Shown here piece by piece: positions 1-13,500 of a stretch of DNA of 64,000 nt. Positions within the stretch are counted from its first letter, which is position 1; the number at the start of each line of letters is the position of its first letter. The notes under the pieces are model-generated. The model had not been told where the DNA came from, searched no databases, and saw only the letters and a program-made list of their open reading frames with translations. Origin of the DNA: Pocillopora damicornis (Eukaryota); assembly GCF_003704095.1 (NCBI RefSeq), contig NW_020843645.1:62001-126000 (forward strand). The letters run 5' to 3'. The position numbers were made by a program, and so were the translations under genes.

Positions 1-470
1 TGCCGTCAGTCCGTGGCATTTAACGATGCATGGAAACCAGTAGGGGCGAGAAGTGTAAGCAGCAGGTTGCATTTTTACTTGACCAATCAACGTCTCGGAA
101 ACTCCTGCGCGACAAACTGTACTTCTCACTTCAGTGGTACTAAGGGAAAGATTTTCCTTTTTTTTTTCTTTTTTTTTCGTTTTGTATTATTATTATTATT
201 CATTATGAAGTAAACATTTTTTCGTAACTGTACCATCCCTCTTCAAGTGATAGGTCTCAATGAAGTATGGTACAGAATGTTAGACGCATATTTTGCTGGT
301 GAGTGTAATTTGGGAGCCGCTCTGAAAATAGTGGTCATTAAATTAGCATTTGGATATTGGCTTAAATGTGATTACTGCATGGTTTTTTTTTGTTTAATAT
401 GTATTTCTAGCAAAAATGTTTGCATTTGAACACCGCATGTTTTGCCACTGTTGGTGACCTTTTTTAGGCT

Positions 471-540
471 TGTGTGTGCATTCGTTCGTGCGTGTGCGTG
501 TGCGTGTGTGCGTGCGCGTTCGTGTACGTGCGTGTGTATG
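471..540. repeat. (GT)/(GTGC)n compound microsatellite
   Basis: tgtgtgtgca...gtgcgtgtgcgtgtgcgtgtgtgcgtgcgcg... Confidence 0.85.
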
Positions 541-2809
541 CTAGGATAGCCTTAATGTCTTAGTTTGCGGTAGATTTATAACCAGAGCATTTCTGTGATC
601 GTATTTAATTCTTTTACATCGTTGAGAGGCGCTCCTTACGGTGCACAATTTATGCGCTAATTGTGTGAGTTTTGTAATCCCAATCAGGAATGTGCGTTTA
701 ACTTTTGTGACTTTGATGTTGTTATTAGTATTCTTGATTTCAGAGACCAAAGTCTTAGGACTGCGCATGACCATAACTCGTCGTCAGTCATGCGCACTAG
801 AATAGAATACTGGATTGGAGTTAAATCAATGGATTCTGTGTAATTTTCCGACCCTAACACGTAGATAATAAGGCACCAGCTGTTGCCTAATGTAATTATT
901 AAGCTCTAATAATAACAAATTAAGAATACAGAAGTCTTAACTAGACAAAGATGGGAAACAACTCAGAACATAATTGTTTTGAATGGAGACAAATGTCAGG
1001 AATTTGCAAAGTTTTCATTTTGATGGACTATATCTATTTACTACCTTTGCGTTCAAAACAAACGTTTTCAAGATTCTTTTTGCTCTTGTGTTTTTTTTTA
1101 TATATATATATACAAATAATAACATTTTTATTTCCAGTGTGTGATTTTTATTTTCTACATTTTTGAATTTGGTGTGGTTCCATATTTTATCTCCTCCTAA
1201 TGTTATTGCTCATAACTAGTTGCCTCTGGCAAAAAGACAGAGATTGGGAACGAAAGAAAGACCAAATTTCGATGTTATCCAGCTATTGCTCGGTAAACGT
1301 TCGGAAGCTCGCCTCTAGCGTTGCCTTGCTTATTCCATCGCTCGGATGACCGGCGTACATAGGGAAGAAGTGGGCGAAGGTCATTCTACAGCCTAGAGCT
1401 GTCTTTTGGAACGTTACAAGTTGAATTTGACTTTCTTTCGTTTCATCTCTTTGTACAGCAGGTACGCAGGTTACCGTCGAGAGTCTAGTAATACTGAAAG
1501 TGGATAAATGACAGTGAGGCCAGTGGAAAGAACTAGTTTAATTGCCTTAGCTGTAGTTAGAAGCAGATTGATTCGGGTCTCGATCGTTTGTTATTTATCG
1601 TAACCTCTTCTGTTTCATGCTATGAAAAGACAATTTGGAGTTACTGATTAATTGAAAAACCTTATACTGGAACGAGGTTTGGTCAAGCAATTAAAGAGAG
1701 ATTTTATGAATGTGGTGTAATTCATTCTGGCTCTATGTGGGCGTCTGAACTGAGCCGCGTTTGCAGGAGTGGCCCTCAGTAGTCGTCAATGGGGTCTTTT
1801 GATCCAACCCTTCCTGAGAACACTTTCCCAAAATCCGAACAGTTTTTATTTTGGTACTATTTTAAGTCTCTTACCCCTGCTGGGAAAGATTTCAAACCAG
1901 GACATCGCTGATGAATGTAAATACAGGTACAGCATCTTACACAAGAAGAACACTGATGCGTCGCGTCTGTGAAACATCGTGAATGAGTCTCAAAACGCCT
2001 TTCGACAACAAAAAAATCAAGCGGACTATTATTGCTTTTTAACCGGACTACACCCGGGACTCGGTTCTTTGGAGCAATATTTCTTGATCTGCCTTTTACG
2101 AACCCATAAAAATAACCAGATCCTGTTTCTTAATGATAATATAACTTCCCAAATCTCGCTATCCCCTTCTCTAAAAATCACGTATTCAGATAAGTGCATT
2201 TAAAACTCTGTTTGATTTTAGTATCCAAGGCTAACTTACTCGGCTTTCTCACTCAGTGACACAATTATTTAGGTAGCAATTAAAAAAAAGGACCCGTATG
2301 CCAGATCTCCGTGTTCGCTTCTACACCTCTACGTCATGCTGCTGTACTTTAAAATAATCCTGTAAACCTCGGGTGAAAATGGAGCAAAAATTAACTCCTT
2401 GAAAGTCCTGTGGACTCCTTAGCCATTCACAATCAACTTGAGATTAAAGAGTTAGAAAACTATACTCCTAGACACATATTGGAACACCCAATGCCTTCAC
2501 TGCCACTCTAAATGTTACTTTGCAAGATGGCATGGAAACATTGGCGATTCACCCGCGCAACACTGAATGGAGGAGAAGTATCTCAACTTGTAATGTCTGA
2601 GAGTGTAGGTGAAGAATGCAGTAGCTAAAAATCGGCTCGCAGAAAATCAGATAGCACTTTTGTAATTTCTTTTTACATATTTTAGAAGCGAGTTTTTGCA
2701 TTTTGTTATCATTGCATTTAAACTTGGTAATAGAGCTTTGGGAGGTTCAACTCAGTGGAAGTCTTGCTTGCAAAGACAAATTTCCCTCGGCCCACGCGCT
2801 CGACCAAAT

Positions 2810-3288
2810 TGTCGCTATACTATGGTATAGGAAACGGTATAGTTTAACCGACAGAAAGAACTACACTCTGACGAACCCAACTACTTTAATGAGCAACATG
2901 TCCTAAGTCAGAATTCCTAAAAATTCCGAAAATTCTCTAAAAACGTACTTGAGCCTACTACATATATTAACTTAGTTCACCGCGACGCAAAGTCACTGTT
3001 GCCTCCAAATCTCCTCGAGATACAGAATCTTTCAAGTATGCCACAATAGCTCTCTATCACTGTAGCTTTCCGGATAGCCCGTCTCTCCTGACAACAGCAT
3101 CTCTTATTCCTAGACGACAGTCCTTTTAGAAATTCCCCACGTATTTTAGAACCTTCCGGAGGCCAACAACAAAACTATTCTGGTAGAATTACAAAACCAA
3201 ATGAATGTTCTAAACAGTTCCATGGTAGGAAATCGATAAGCTCCGTGACTAAGCATCCCAAAAATTTGCCAGAAACTACTACTTTACA
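2810..3288 (-). mobile_element. Possible LTR remnant
   Basis: On the minus strand it runs TGTAAAG...ACA with ATTAAA at 2885-2890 and AGAATT/AATTCC-type short repeats. It is followed after 3 nt by TGGTCGAGCG (PBS-like). No TSD or second LTR seen. Confidence 0.3.
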
Positions 3289-6200
3289 GTCAATACCTAT
3301 GACCGTGCTTCTATTTCACCCGTCGTGTCTGTCATTGGACAGTACTCGTAATTTGCGCATGCTGTTTTATCCACGACTGGGTTGATTTCCTCGCGGGGAA
3401 TAACTAACTTCTCTTTAATCAAGACAATGTTTGACAGATGAGTAAACTGACTTTTGGGCAATTTTTTCATGTTTCCGAGGGAAAAAGTAAACAGAAACGT
3501 ATTTGATGCGAGAATCATATCAGTTATCAGTCTGTAATTGTAATAGGAACGCATAGCGTCCAATTCGGTCTGTAATTATGCAGATGAAACGCCAGCGAAA
3601 GTCCGATTTGGCTATCACGGGTATGATTGCTGACCGACTGGATAACAGGAAGTCCTGTTGCTAATCAATTGTAACCGTTACAATTTCCGAGAGTAAAAAA
3701 ATTACTCAAGGTAATAATGCCTTTTCACGTCAATCTTCTCACAGTTTGTTGACTGGTTGATACGTAACTGTCCGATTACAGGTGAACAATTACACCTCAC
3801 AGCAGTGAAGAGGTGAAGAATATGGGTATTTCACCCACCTATCATATTCGAGGAAATTTGCTATGGTTATATGTATCTGTAAACCATTTTACCTCTCAGT
3901 TTTAGCAACTATATTAATCTTATCCCATGAGCGGTTTAACATTTAATGCTATTTTGCGAGATGCATGGTATTTCTCGCCGGGGCTCGGAAAAATACGAAA
4001 AATGAGGAAAATGTCCACGTGCAGGAGTTTCCTGTTAGAGCACCAAATGAGGCATTTATTTTGGTTCCTTTTTTTATTTCGTTTTCTAACTGGAAATACA
4101 CCCTCCGGTATTATATATCTAAGGATTGTAGTGATCTGATAGAAAGTGCGCGAAAGACGAACACTTTGAAAGTATCCTTGCTAACAAAAAAAAGAACCTG
4201 CTCTCTCCATACGTCGTCGTTGAAAAGTCAAGATTAAAGGATGCAAACAGATGAAAGATTGCGTCGTTGAGCAAGGCCATTCAGTTGCTCCGCTTTCTGT
4301 CCGTATTTTAGCCTTGTTTTACAGGATAATACCTTAGTTGCATACTTTGCGCATTCTGTTGCTCTCAGGAGGCAAAATTGCGTCATAACGTAATACCCGG
4401 TAACAGTTTCGGTTAATCTCCGCGACCTCTTGGAGATTAATTAACAAATTAGCTTCACCCACTCGGCGGATAATACTTAGAACATTTTCAAGTAATCTGT
4501 AATTAAAATGAAGAGAATATTCAAGAAGATTCGCCTTTGGATCCGTTCACGGCTTCCTAAAGTAATGACCTAAAATTCTCCATTATTCTACGGTTCTAGA
4601 CTTTTCTTGGGAAAGTGTCATTGATTCATCCAAATCGTATGAACCTTGTTTGAAACAAAACCTGTGTCTTGTACAAATTGACATGTTTTTACTTGTATAA
4701 AAAATTGTTTTGTTTCACTGTATCAGGAACTATAGCATAAATGTTCCAAATTTGCTTTGAAAAACATCACTATAAAGTTAAGGAGGGGTGAGGGGAGAGG
4801 GCGGCGGGCGAATGAAATAAAAAGAAAGCATCTCAAGAAGATGGTCAACAACCCGTCTGCTTTTTTCGTTTTTGTTTTCTTGTATTTTTTTTCCACAACG
4901 ATATATCAGATCATGCGACGGAACATTTAGCAAAATTCCAAAAACCATGGCTCTGATCGTTTTAAATTCTCGTTGAATAGGATAAGTTTTCAGGTTAATT
5001 AGGGTTAATACGTCGCTCAGTCATGAACAAAAAAAAGAAACGGATATCACTTTACCTTTAATGCTGCATTTGATGTCCATGACGTTTCGTTAATATCTTA
5101 GAAACTGCTAAGAAGTTGAAACAATCTCTGACCTTTTAACAACTAGCCGCACGTACATTTACGTATGCTCCGACAAGCGGTCCTATAGTGGAAAAAATTT
5201 AAACAACGTTTTCGTGCGATTTTTACATTACCTCACAGAAAAACTTCGTATGCATTTTAAAGACAAGTGAGAAACATTTGGAAAGCATGCGCAGTGCATT
5301 AGAGCCGAGACGGTAATTTGTGACCGAATTGCCTCCGAATTTTTACGCTCATGGGTACTGGAGTACCACAGATCTTATTAACATGAAACCCCCAACACAA
5401 AGTTTTTCGATTGGTCAATATGTTACATTCGCATGTTTTTCAGAGCATATAATTGGATCGGAAACATTTAAAGCGATCATCTCTTGAATCTCACAACTAA
5501 CATTCCCCGCAAACATTGCTTCACCGGTAATTTAGTTCAATTGACTCTTGCGCGGAATCTCGAGCTTGCATCATATTAAGCAGATATTCTGCGCGCTTGA
5601 AATCGAATACATTTGTTGTGTCTGGGAATTTGGTTCTTGGGTTAATCATTTTGTTTTACATACAATGTCTCCTTTCTTCTCGTGGTATTGTGGCAAGTAT
5701 CAAACTTAACCTTTACTGTTGTTTCCGAAAACAGCCTCCTTATATATACTTAGGAACCAAAGCTTTTACCATTACCCTTGACTTTTCCTTAGTAGATTCT
5801 TAGTAGATAATATAAATTTGCTTCTAAAATGCTCATGCAATATTTGTACGAGATGCATTTCCTTCCAAAAATAGGTTTAGAAAGTCTATTTTTGGCTGTG
5901 AAGCAAATATTTGATGACAATCATTTCAAATCTTGCTTAATACATGAACGCTCACTTTACGAACTTAAAAACCTATAGATCATTTCCATTGTACCTTTGG
6001 ATACCATTTTTAACAATGTTTGAGTTCCGGTCAGGATCAGGAATTTGATGCAATAATCCGCGCGGAAGGCGATAAGTTTTTTTACCTCCCTTTGTTGGAT
6101 TGTTACCGTCACCGTTGAAAATGAGCTATGTATCCAATTAGCGAGGAAAGATATTCAGGGTTTCAACATAATTTATCTGCAGCTTTGCATTTTCGGCGTG

Positions 6201-9200
6201 TTTTATGCTGGCTTCCTTTCTCCTTCCCATGTGTGTGCGTGTCATTCAAGTTTAGACGTAGTGAATGAGCAAATGAATTGGAAAAGATTAAAAATTAAAA
6301 AAGATGAACTGACAGAGTCTTGAGGAGCGTATTATGACTGTTATTGAGTTAATTGCAAGATGATGCGTCTGGAGAGGAACAACTCTTCCTCTATCCCCTC
6401 CCCCCTAAAAAATAACATTGTGATTACAACCGCTTCATTGTACCCTTCGAGAGCAATGGAGATGTAACTTCCTTAATTCAATTTCTATCCTTTATGGTCT
6501 TCCATCTGTTTTGTATCCCTGTCCATTAAAACTTGTTTGACAATACGCGCAGACGTAATGTGATTAACGAGTCATTAAATTAGCCGGGCTCTATACTTAA
6601 TGAGTCGCCGCCTTTGTTTTCTGCCTGATTAAGAACTTCTTGACAAAAAAAAAATAAAAGAAAAACTCAAACAAGATCGACAGATGAGAAAATGATCTCC
6701 CGAGATCGTTTGATGGCGAAAGATAAAAACAAGATCAAAGAGCTATTATTTTGCCCAGGAAGCGTGAACTGCATAAGCAAAATAATAAAATTCGTAAAGT
6801 AAACGCATGATCGCCCAATAATCTGTATTCTTACCTTCCGTGAGATTCAAATAATCAATTGGAAAGCGTCCAGTCTTTTATCACCTACACGGACGTTGAT
6901 TATCCAGGATGGTTTTCTGAAAAGAATTGGCAACTGCAGACAAACAATGTATGAAAACAATTTTGTGAGACTTGCGCTCCAAAGAGCAGAAGGTTTTCCG
7001 ATTTTTTGTGCATCGCTGTGAAGGAATTACTTCAGACCCATCTCGCCGGCGTTCCAGCAAGGAGTTTGTTGTTAACGTAACATAATCAGAAGCGTTTGCT
7101 CACCAATCAAACGAGGAAAACACTCAAACACTCAAAACAAGTTGGTGAATGTTCATGTTTTATTCTGGAAATCATCAGCATACAAAGCACTGAAAATCGT
7201 TGACTGAAAAGTGTTCTGACATTCTTAGATACCTTTACCTCTTTACAAAACGTGGTTGGGTTTTTTTCTGCTAAAAAGAGACCTACCTAGCTAACATAAC
7301 TAGCTAAATAGACCTTAACAAAATTAAGAGTGAATGACTCACAATGCCATGAATATATTGGTATTATATTTGAGGTTTGCTAAGCCATGGAGATTAATGG
7401 CGTTCGCAATCTTGCCTATAGGATGAGTAAAAGCCAGGAATCAATCGTGTAGCTCGCTAACTTGGTAACAAATATGCTCAAATAATTTTCTTTCAAATGC
7501 ATGAAGATGTGTAAACAAAGTATTTACTGCCGATAAACTAGCCAGCTGAACTTTGAGCCTTAGCTTCGTTGGAACTCAACACAGATTTATCTAGAACATG
7601 GTGTTGAGCGCGACAGTGCGTCCCGTAAGTAAACTGTAGAAACTTATACCATGGAACATTAAAATCTAATTCATATTCATTCAATTTAACAAAAGTGTCC
7701 TATTGAAAGCTGTGACTGCGGTTTAAAGCGCTGTCACTGGAAAACAATGCTAGCTGCACAACGCAACGTGTAATCAATGTAAGACTCAATCTGTGGTTAA
7801 CTTTCATGGTATGGCAATTGTCTCCTTTGTCTTTCGAACTCTTATTGTCCAGTCTAAACTAACGATGCAACAACCAACAGTTGTTTTACAACGAAGGGAG
7901 TTAAGTTTCATTGTAGTAATGCAGTACACGTGGACCATAGACACGAACCTGTGGTGAGAAATTCCCACAAGTTCGGATCTACGGGTTCAGATGAACCGCT
8001 GGATCTTTCCGTGACTGTTCTCTTCGTTTATTTGCTTTGCTAACAAAGTGGATGCCAGCCTTTGTTAAGAAAATTAGCGTAGAAATAATAGAGACTTTGA
8101 CCACGTGCGCTCAAGGCATTTTAAAATGTAATACCTGTCTTTTCACACAGTTAACCGCCTACTGCTCAAGAAAATGTTTGCTCTCTCTCGTCTCTCTCGT
8201 CTCTCTCGTGTTCAATGACTGCTGTTACAAAGGTAGTCCATTTTGAAAGCTGACTTTCCTGAAAGGGTCTTCAAAGCGACATTTTGGAAAAGTCGAAAAT
8301 ATAATGCGACAGAAAATGTGGTCAGATAATTTCTCACTAATTCAGTGCTGTCAGTTTTAAGTTATTGCAAGACTAGACGACAAGGATATTGTTTACCGAC
8401 ATGCGAAACATACACATTGCCGCTTCATGAACAATAATAAGTAGTTTGCCTGCCGTTACCAATTAAAAATTATTCTTGATAGATTGATAGGCTTGACTTT
8501 TTCAAGCACATTTCCCTCGAAAAATAAGCGAGCGCGATTTCCTATTTGTCGTGAGATCTTCATAATATGCAACACGATCAAATGTCAACATGACTTAGAC
8601 AGTTCAAACCCTATATACACTGTTTGGCGACTAAAGAAAAGATAGAATCATTTCAAACAATTTTTGCTTTTCTTACATGGTTTTCTCTTTTTCAAAATAG
8701 TAAACCTTAATAGTTGTGTCTTCAAGGTATTGTATTGTGATATCACGACCCGTAAGGGCGAGGTTTCCGTTCCCCCAAACGCGAAAACAAGGTGGACTTC
8801 GGAACCTATGTGTTTGCTTTTGAAAAACCTACAAACCCGCTGAACTTATCAAACGAAGATCCACATCCAGAGTTCAAAATTAAGATATATTGAAAGAAAA
8901 AAATTTTCAGCCGACACACGAAGTTGCTTTCATAATAGAGAGTTCGCTCATTTGTGTCAATTTGAACGATTATTGGGGTAGAATTATTCGTTGACTTTGG
9001 ATCGATTCAGATTCCGAAAACCTTTGCTGGATTCAATAAAACTGTGATAAGAAGAATCTTGAGACAACGCACCAATAAAATGCCGGAGTATTCAGCCATT
9101 GCCACAGACGTCCTCTTCAAGCTTGAGCATAGAGTTCCAACAGGAATGTATCGCCGAAGTGAACCAATCACTAATGTGGAATAAATATGGCTTGGTAAAT

Positions 9201-10551
9201 ATATTAAAATCGAAAAACTGACCATAGTTACATGAACAACATGAGCACTCTGCTGCAAAAATTCTTGATCTATTAACCACATTTTCCATCCTCATATCCT
9301 AAAGCTTAGAAGAAATATCTTAAACTTTCCTTATTAGGCAAAAATATTGTGACTTGAATGATTATTATGGTATCTCACAGGGGCGTTTCTCTACGTTGCT
9401 TCCCACAAAATCTTCCCTTGCTGATAAATTTTCCGGTTTGAAGGGTAAACCTTTTTCAGAGTACTTTTCATTTGTGAATGGTTTAATTTTGCAAGAATTG
9501 GATATTTATACGTAACGTGCTCGGCGGTATGGAGTCTCCTTGTTCTGCAGCAACATGCAACTAAACACCGGTGGAGTTCATCGAGGAGCGTCACAAATCT
9601 TCTGTGGGACCAAGGTTAATTGGTGAAACAAATCAAACACCATCCTTCGTTCGAAATTTTAGCATCTCTGAGCCCTGATTCAGAATCTCTTATCTAAGAT
9701 CCCTCGACAACGCTGAAAACAAAAATTGTCAAAAGGCAAGGTTTAAGATACACGGGTCGTTGCATCAATTCCGCCTGAGGTTATCATGCCACAACTACCT
9801 ACAACAGTTTCGGGAAAAAAAAACATTGAATAACATATCAAGCCTAACTTTCCTTCCAGTGTAATCAAGCCCTAAGCATTGCTACCTGATTATTTTTCAG
9901 GGTGAAAGAAAAATTAGATTGCTGCAGTTTCTCTCTCTCGCTCTATCGAAGCCGTATAAGACGACAACATGCCTTCATCATTAAACTTGCTATAAACAGT
10001 AATGGATCAAAATTCATCAAGCTACAGCACGATTTGAAGCTCTAAGAAGACAGTTTAAAAGGCTGTTTTCTCTTAGGAAGTAGATACTTTTCGGGTCTTG
10101 GCAACTAACCGTTGAAATCAGGTGATATGAAATGTCATTTTCTCGATCGCTTATATTAATCTTGTCATTGTTCTATGGTCTTGTGAAAGATTTGCAATCC
10201 ACCCTCGGTCGTAAAAATAGTAATTAAATCGATATATCTTTTCTTGAATGGCTTTGTCTAAAATAGCTGTGTAGAAAGCCCCCATCGACGAAGAAATCCT
10301 AAAACATTTCCAAACGTGTTTACTCCATATCACTGAAATACATAAGCTCCAAGGTATTGTCAGAACCAGATTCCAATCATATCAGAATAGTAATTTCAAA
10401 GGAATGAAAAGAAGCAGTTAAAAGAAAACGAAACTAAAATGTTGTTTCCAGCTTGTTACTATAATGTTTCAGATGTCGTATGAAAGGAGGACTGAATTCT
10501 GAACAAGACCTCTCCTCTCCTGGGGAGATACATAGATACAATGATGATTCT

Positions 10552-10597
10552 AGAATTTGCAATTTCGACTTCTTGTGAAGTCGAAATTGCAAATTCT
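10552..10597. repeat. Perfect 21-bp inverted repeat with 4-nt loop
   Basis: AGAATTTGCAATTTCGACTTC-TTGT-GAAGTCGAAATTGCAAATTCT. Confidence 0.95.
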
Positions 10598-13500
10598 TCA
10601 AACCAAATAATACATGAAAAGAAAAATCAACATGTTCTTTCCCTCAGCTAACTATAATCAAAACAGAAATTGCAAACGATTGTCCCTTAACGACCTTAAA
10701 AATGATCTAATTGTTCAGAAAGTTCATTCAATATCAGAAACCCCATTATTCCAAGACATCATTAAAGAGTAAAACAATGTTTTCACTCACAAAAAATGAT
10801 AGCTCTTTCATTCGAAGGGAAATGCGAAAAAACATCCTGTAACTTTTAAAAACATGCAAAAGAAAATGAAACACCGACATACAATAAGCTATAAAATCGT
10901 TTGATGATCATTGTTATATGTCCATTCAACAAAGGAGACAACTCCAACTTTCCTCGCATATATTGTGTTTCATGAATTTGACTCCAATAAACTATAAAAA
11001 TCTCTGAATTTGTTGCAGGATGCTGTTCTTCTTCTTGGCTCACGATTGATTTTTGCGAAGTAAAAAGATCAGGCAGTGGGAGAAAGGAAAGTCTTCATCA
11101 TTGCTTTGAAGTTAGCATTAGCAGTTTGCTTTGATTAAATGTCCATCTCCATTGTACCATTGAATCATGCGTGTTCTTTCGAAAAACACTAAAAATATGT
11201 TTTCCCTGAGACTAATTTTCTTTTCAGTGCTATGTAAACGATCTTTCTCGAGAGAATGGCGTAAAAGGGTATTCGAAAATGAGCTCACCGTATCACCTTA
11301 CTCGAAACTCGAATCACAAGTGCAATGCATGAGCCTGGAAAAATAAATAAAGGCTTGATTTAGTCTTGGCTCCTTTGGTGCACATTAGATCGTTCTTGAA
11401 GTACATCAAAAGTTTGTTTCCTTTCTTCTTCAAAGAGGTGATATAAAGATATAAAAACATAAAATATTTAGACTCCATACTAATAAGACTTCACATCTGA
11501 GCTAAGTTATACAAACCTTAGAAAGTGATGGAAATGTCTAGCAGATCTGTCTGGAACTGTTGTACCTATTCAGAGGAGCAAATATTTCCCATAATTTTTT
11601 AACAAGCTAAAAATAATTCACTACTTAAGAATAAGACCCGAACTAAATATATAATCTAACTGCAGAAATAGTGAATTTCTAGGAAAGGACCCTTCTTTCA
11701 TTGCACTCGTCAATAAAATTCTCCACAGGACTAGCTGTCTTATGAAGAACCTAATTATGTCAGAGCTTCACCTGTAAGATTTTGTCGATTTCTAAATCGA
11801 AATAGTTACAAAAGACAACATGGAAAAAACTTTGGGAATACAATGCCCCTATTTCGTCATTTTACCACATCTTAGAACCAGCAAAGATTCAGAGAAGTGA
11901 TTCATTCAAATTGATGTCAAATGTAACTGGGTGTAATTTATCAGTCTGGAATTAGCAAGAAGTATTTAGCAGCTAACACTTTGTCTTATGACAAAAATAT
12001 ATCTATCAAGAACTTTTCCCAAGAGCCGCCAGTAAAAAAATGTGCTTGTAAACAAGGAAATAATACGAATGTAGTATTCATGTCTTTGAAAGTCAATACT
12101 TGCTCGAGTTAAGTACTAACCTTCACCGATGTTTTCAAACTTCTATTCAGTCTCCAAGACTTGAGTGTCAACATAAACACGATTTTTCTTGATAACTGTT
12201 CTTAGATTTCTTTTTTCACGCGATCAAAAATTAGAAAAGTAAAGATAGTGATATTTTTGGTTGTCGCGTGCGTCTGATGTCGATCTTGAACAAACAATCA
12301 GTAAATACACCGAGGATTCAACAGGCTCTTCCGAACACAAAACCTCTGCAAGGAGCACCCTTTAAAATCCCCCTAAACCTATAATGTGATCAATTCACAT
12401 GTCTGGGTATATAACACGAGCCCTCAGAGAAAAACCGGTTCGAAACTGCTACGTGGGTTTATCAGTCGATTGATCCAAACTCTGGGATAAACACTTACCT
12501 CGAACACAATAGTCTGGTGGCCTTGTTTTCTAAAGGCTAGAGAACTAAGACTCGACACGAACCCCTTACGATTCAGATTGTGCTCTTTCGCCGAACGTTT
12601 TGTTGAAGCATCCGATTCATTTTGCACGCGAAAACTTGCGACGCCACATGGCTTGCAACCTAAATATGGTTTTGAAACATGCACGAGGAATGTTGACTAA
12701 AGGCGAACGAAATTTCTCAGCAAGCAATTTCAGAGATCGTAACAATTCTTTCATCAATCTAACAATAGGAGACATAATTTGGGATAGTTCTTTGCGCAAA
12801 AAGAAGCCAAAAGACTCTTTTTGGGTAGAAGGTCGAAACGCATGGCGTGAAAGCTGAGTTTTGAGTTTAACCCACATATAACGGATGTGTAACCACACTT
12901 CAGGCTCGAGAACAAACCCCGCCCCGGGTGAGCGGGGTGCTATGCAAATTACAAGAGTTCCCGGCTGTACTCAACGAACGTAAGTCAAACATGTGATTTC
13001 CTACACTAATAGAAATTTCCTCATTGTTCATTTGCAAAATGATTAAAAACAGCCTGATGATGGACTGTAGCTTCCTACACAAGTTGTTGATGCTTAAGTT
13101 AGTGAATCAAGCACGCGTGTTTTTGACAGACTTGCAAAAAGTCGAATGGGTCTAAGAGCAAGACTTACTTCAGCCCTCGAGCTGACCTTAAGGATTTAGT
13201 TTCCTGAGTAAATTTGTGCCACTAAAAAGCATAAATCATTTAAGAATTAAGCAATTGGCATGGAGAATTAGTTGATCTATCTACAACTGTGATTGTAGAG
13301 ACAAAAGAAATAAGGAAGGAATTATAAAAGAAAGGAAGACCATATGTAGTCACCATTGCAGTTTTCCTGATTGCTCTGTCTGTGTTCTTCTTTAAAATTT
13401 GTACCTGAAAGAAAGCAGTAAAGATCTATGAATAAACTCAAGTTGCGCACTCAGACTAAAGAACCGAGAAAAATGGAAAGAGACAGAAGTAACAATTATC

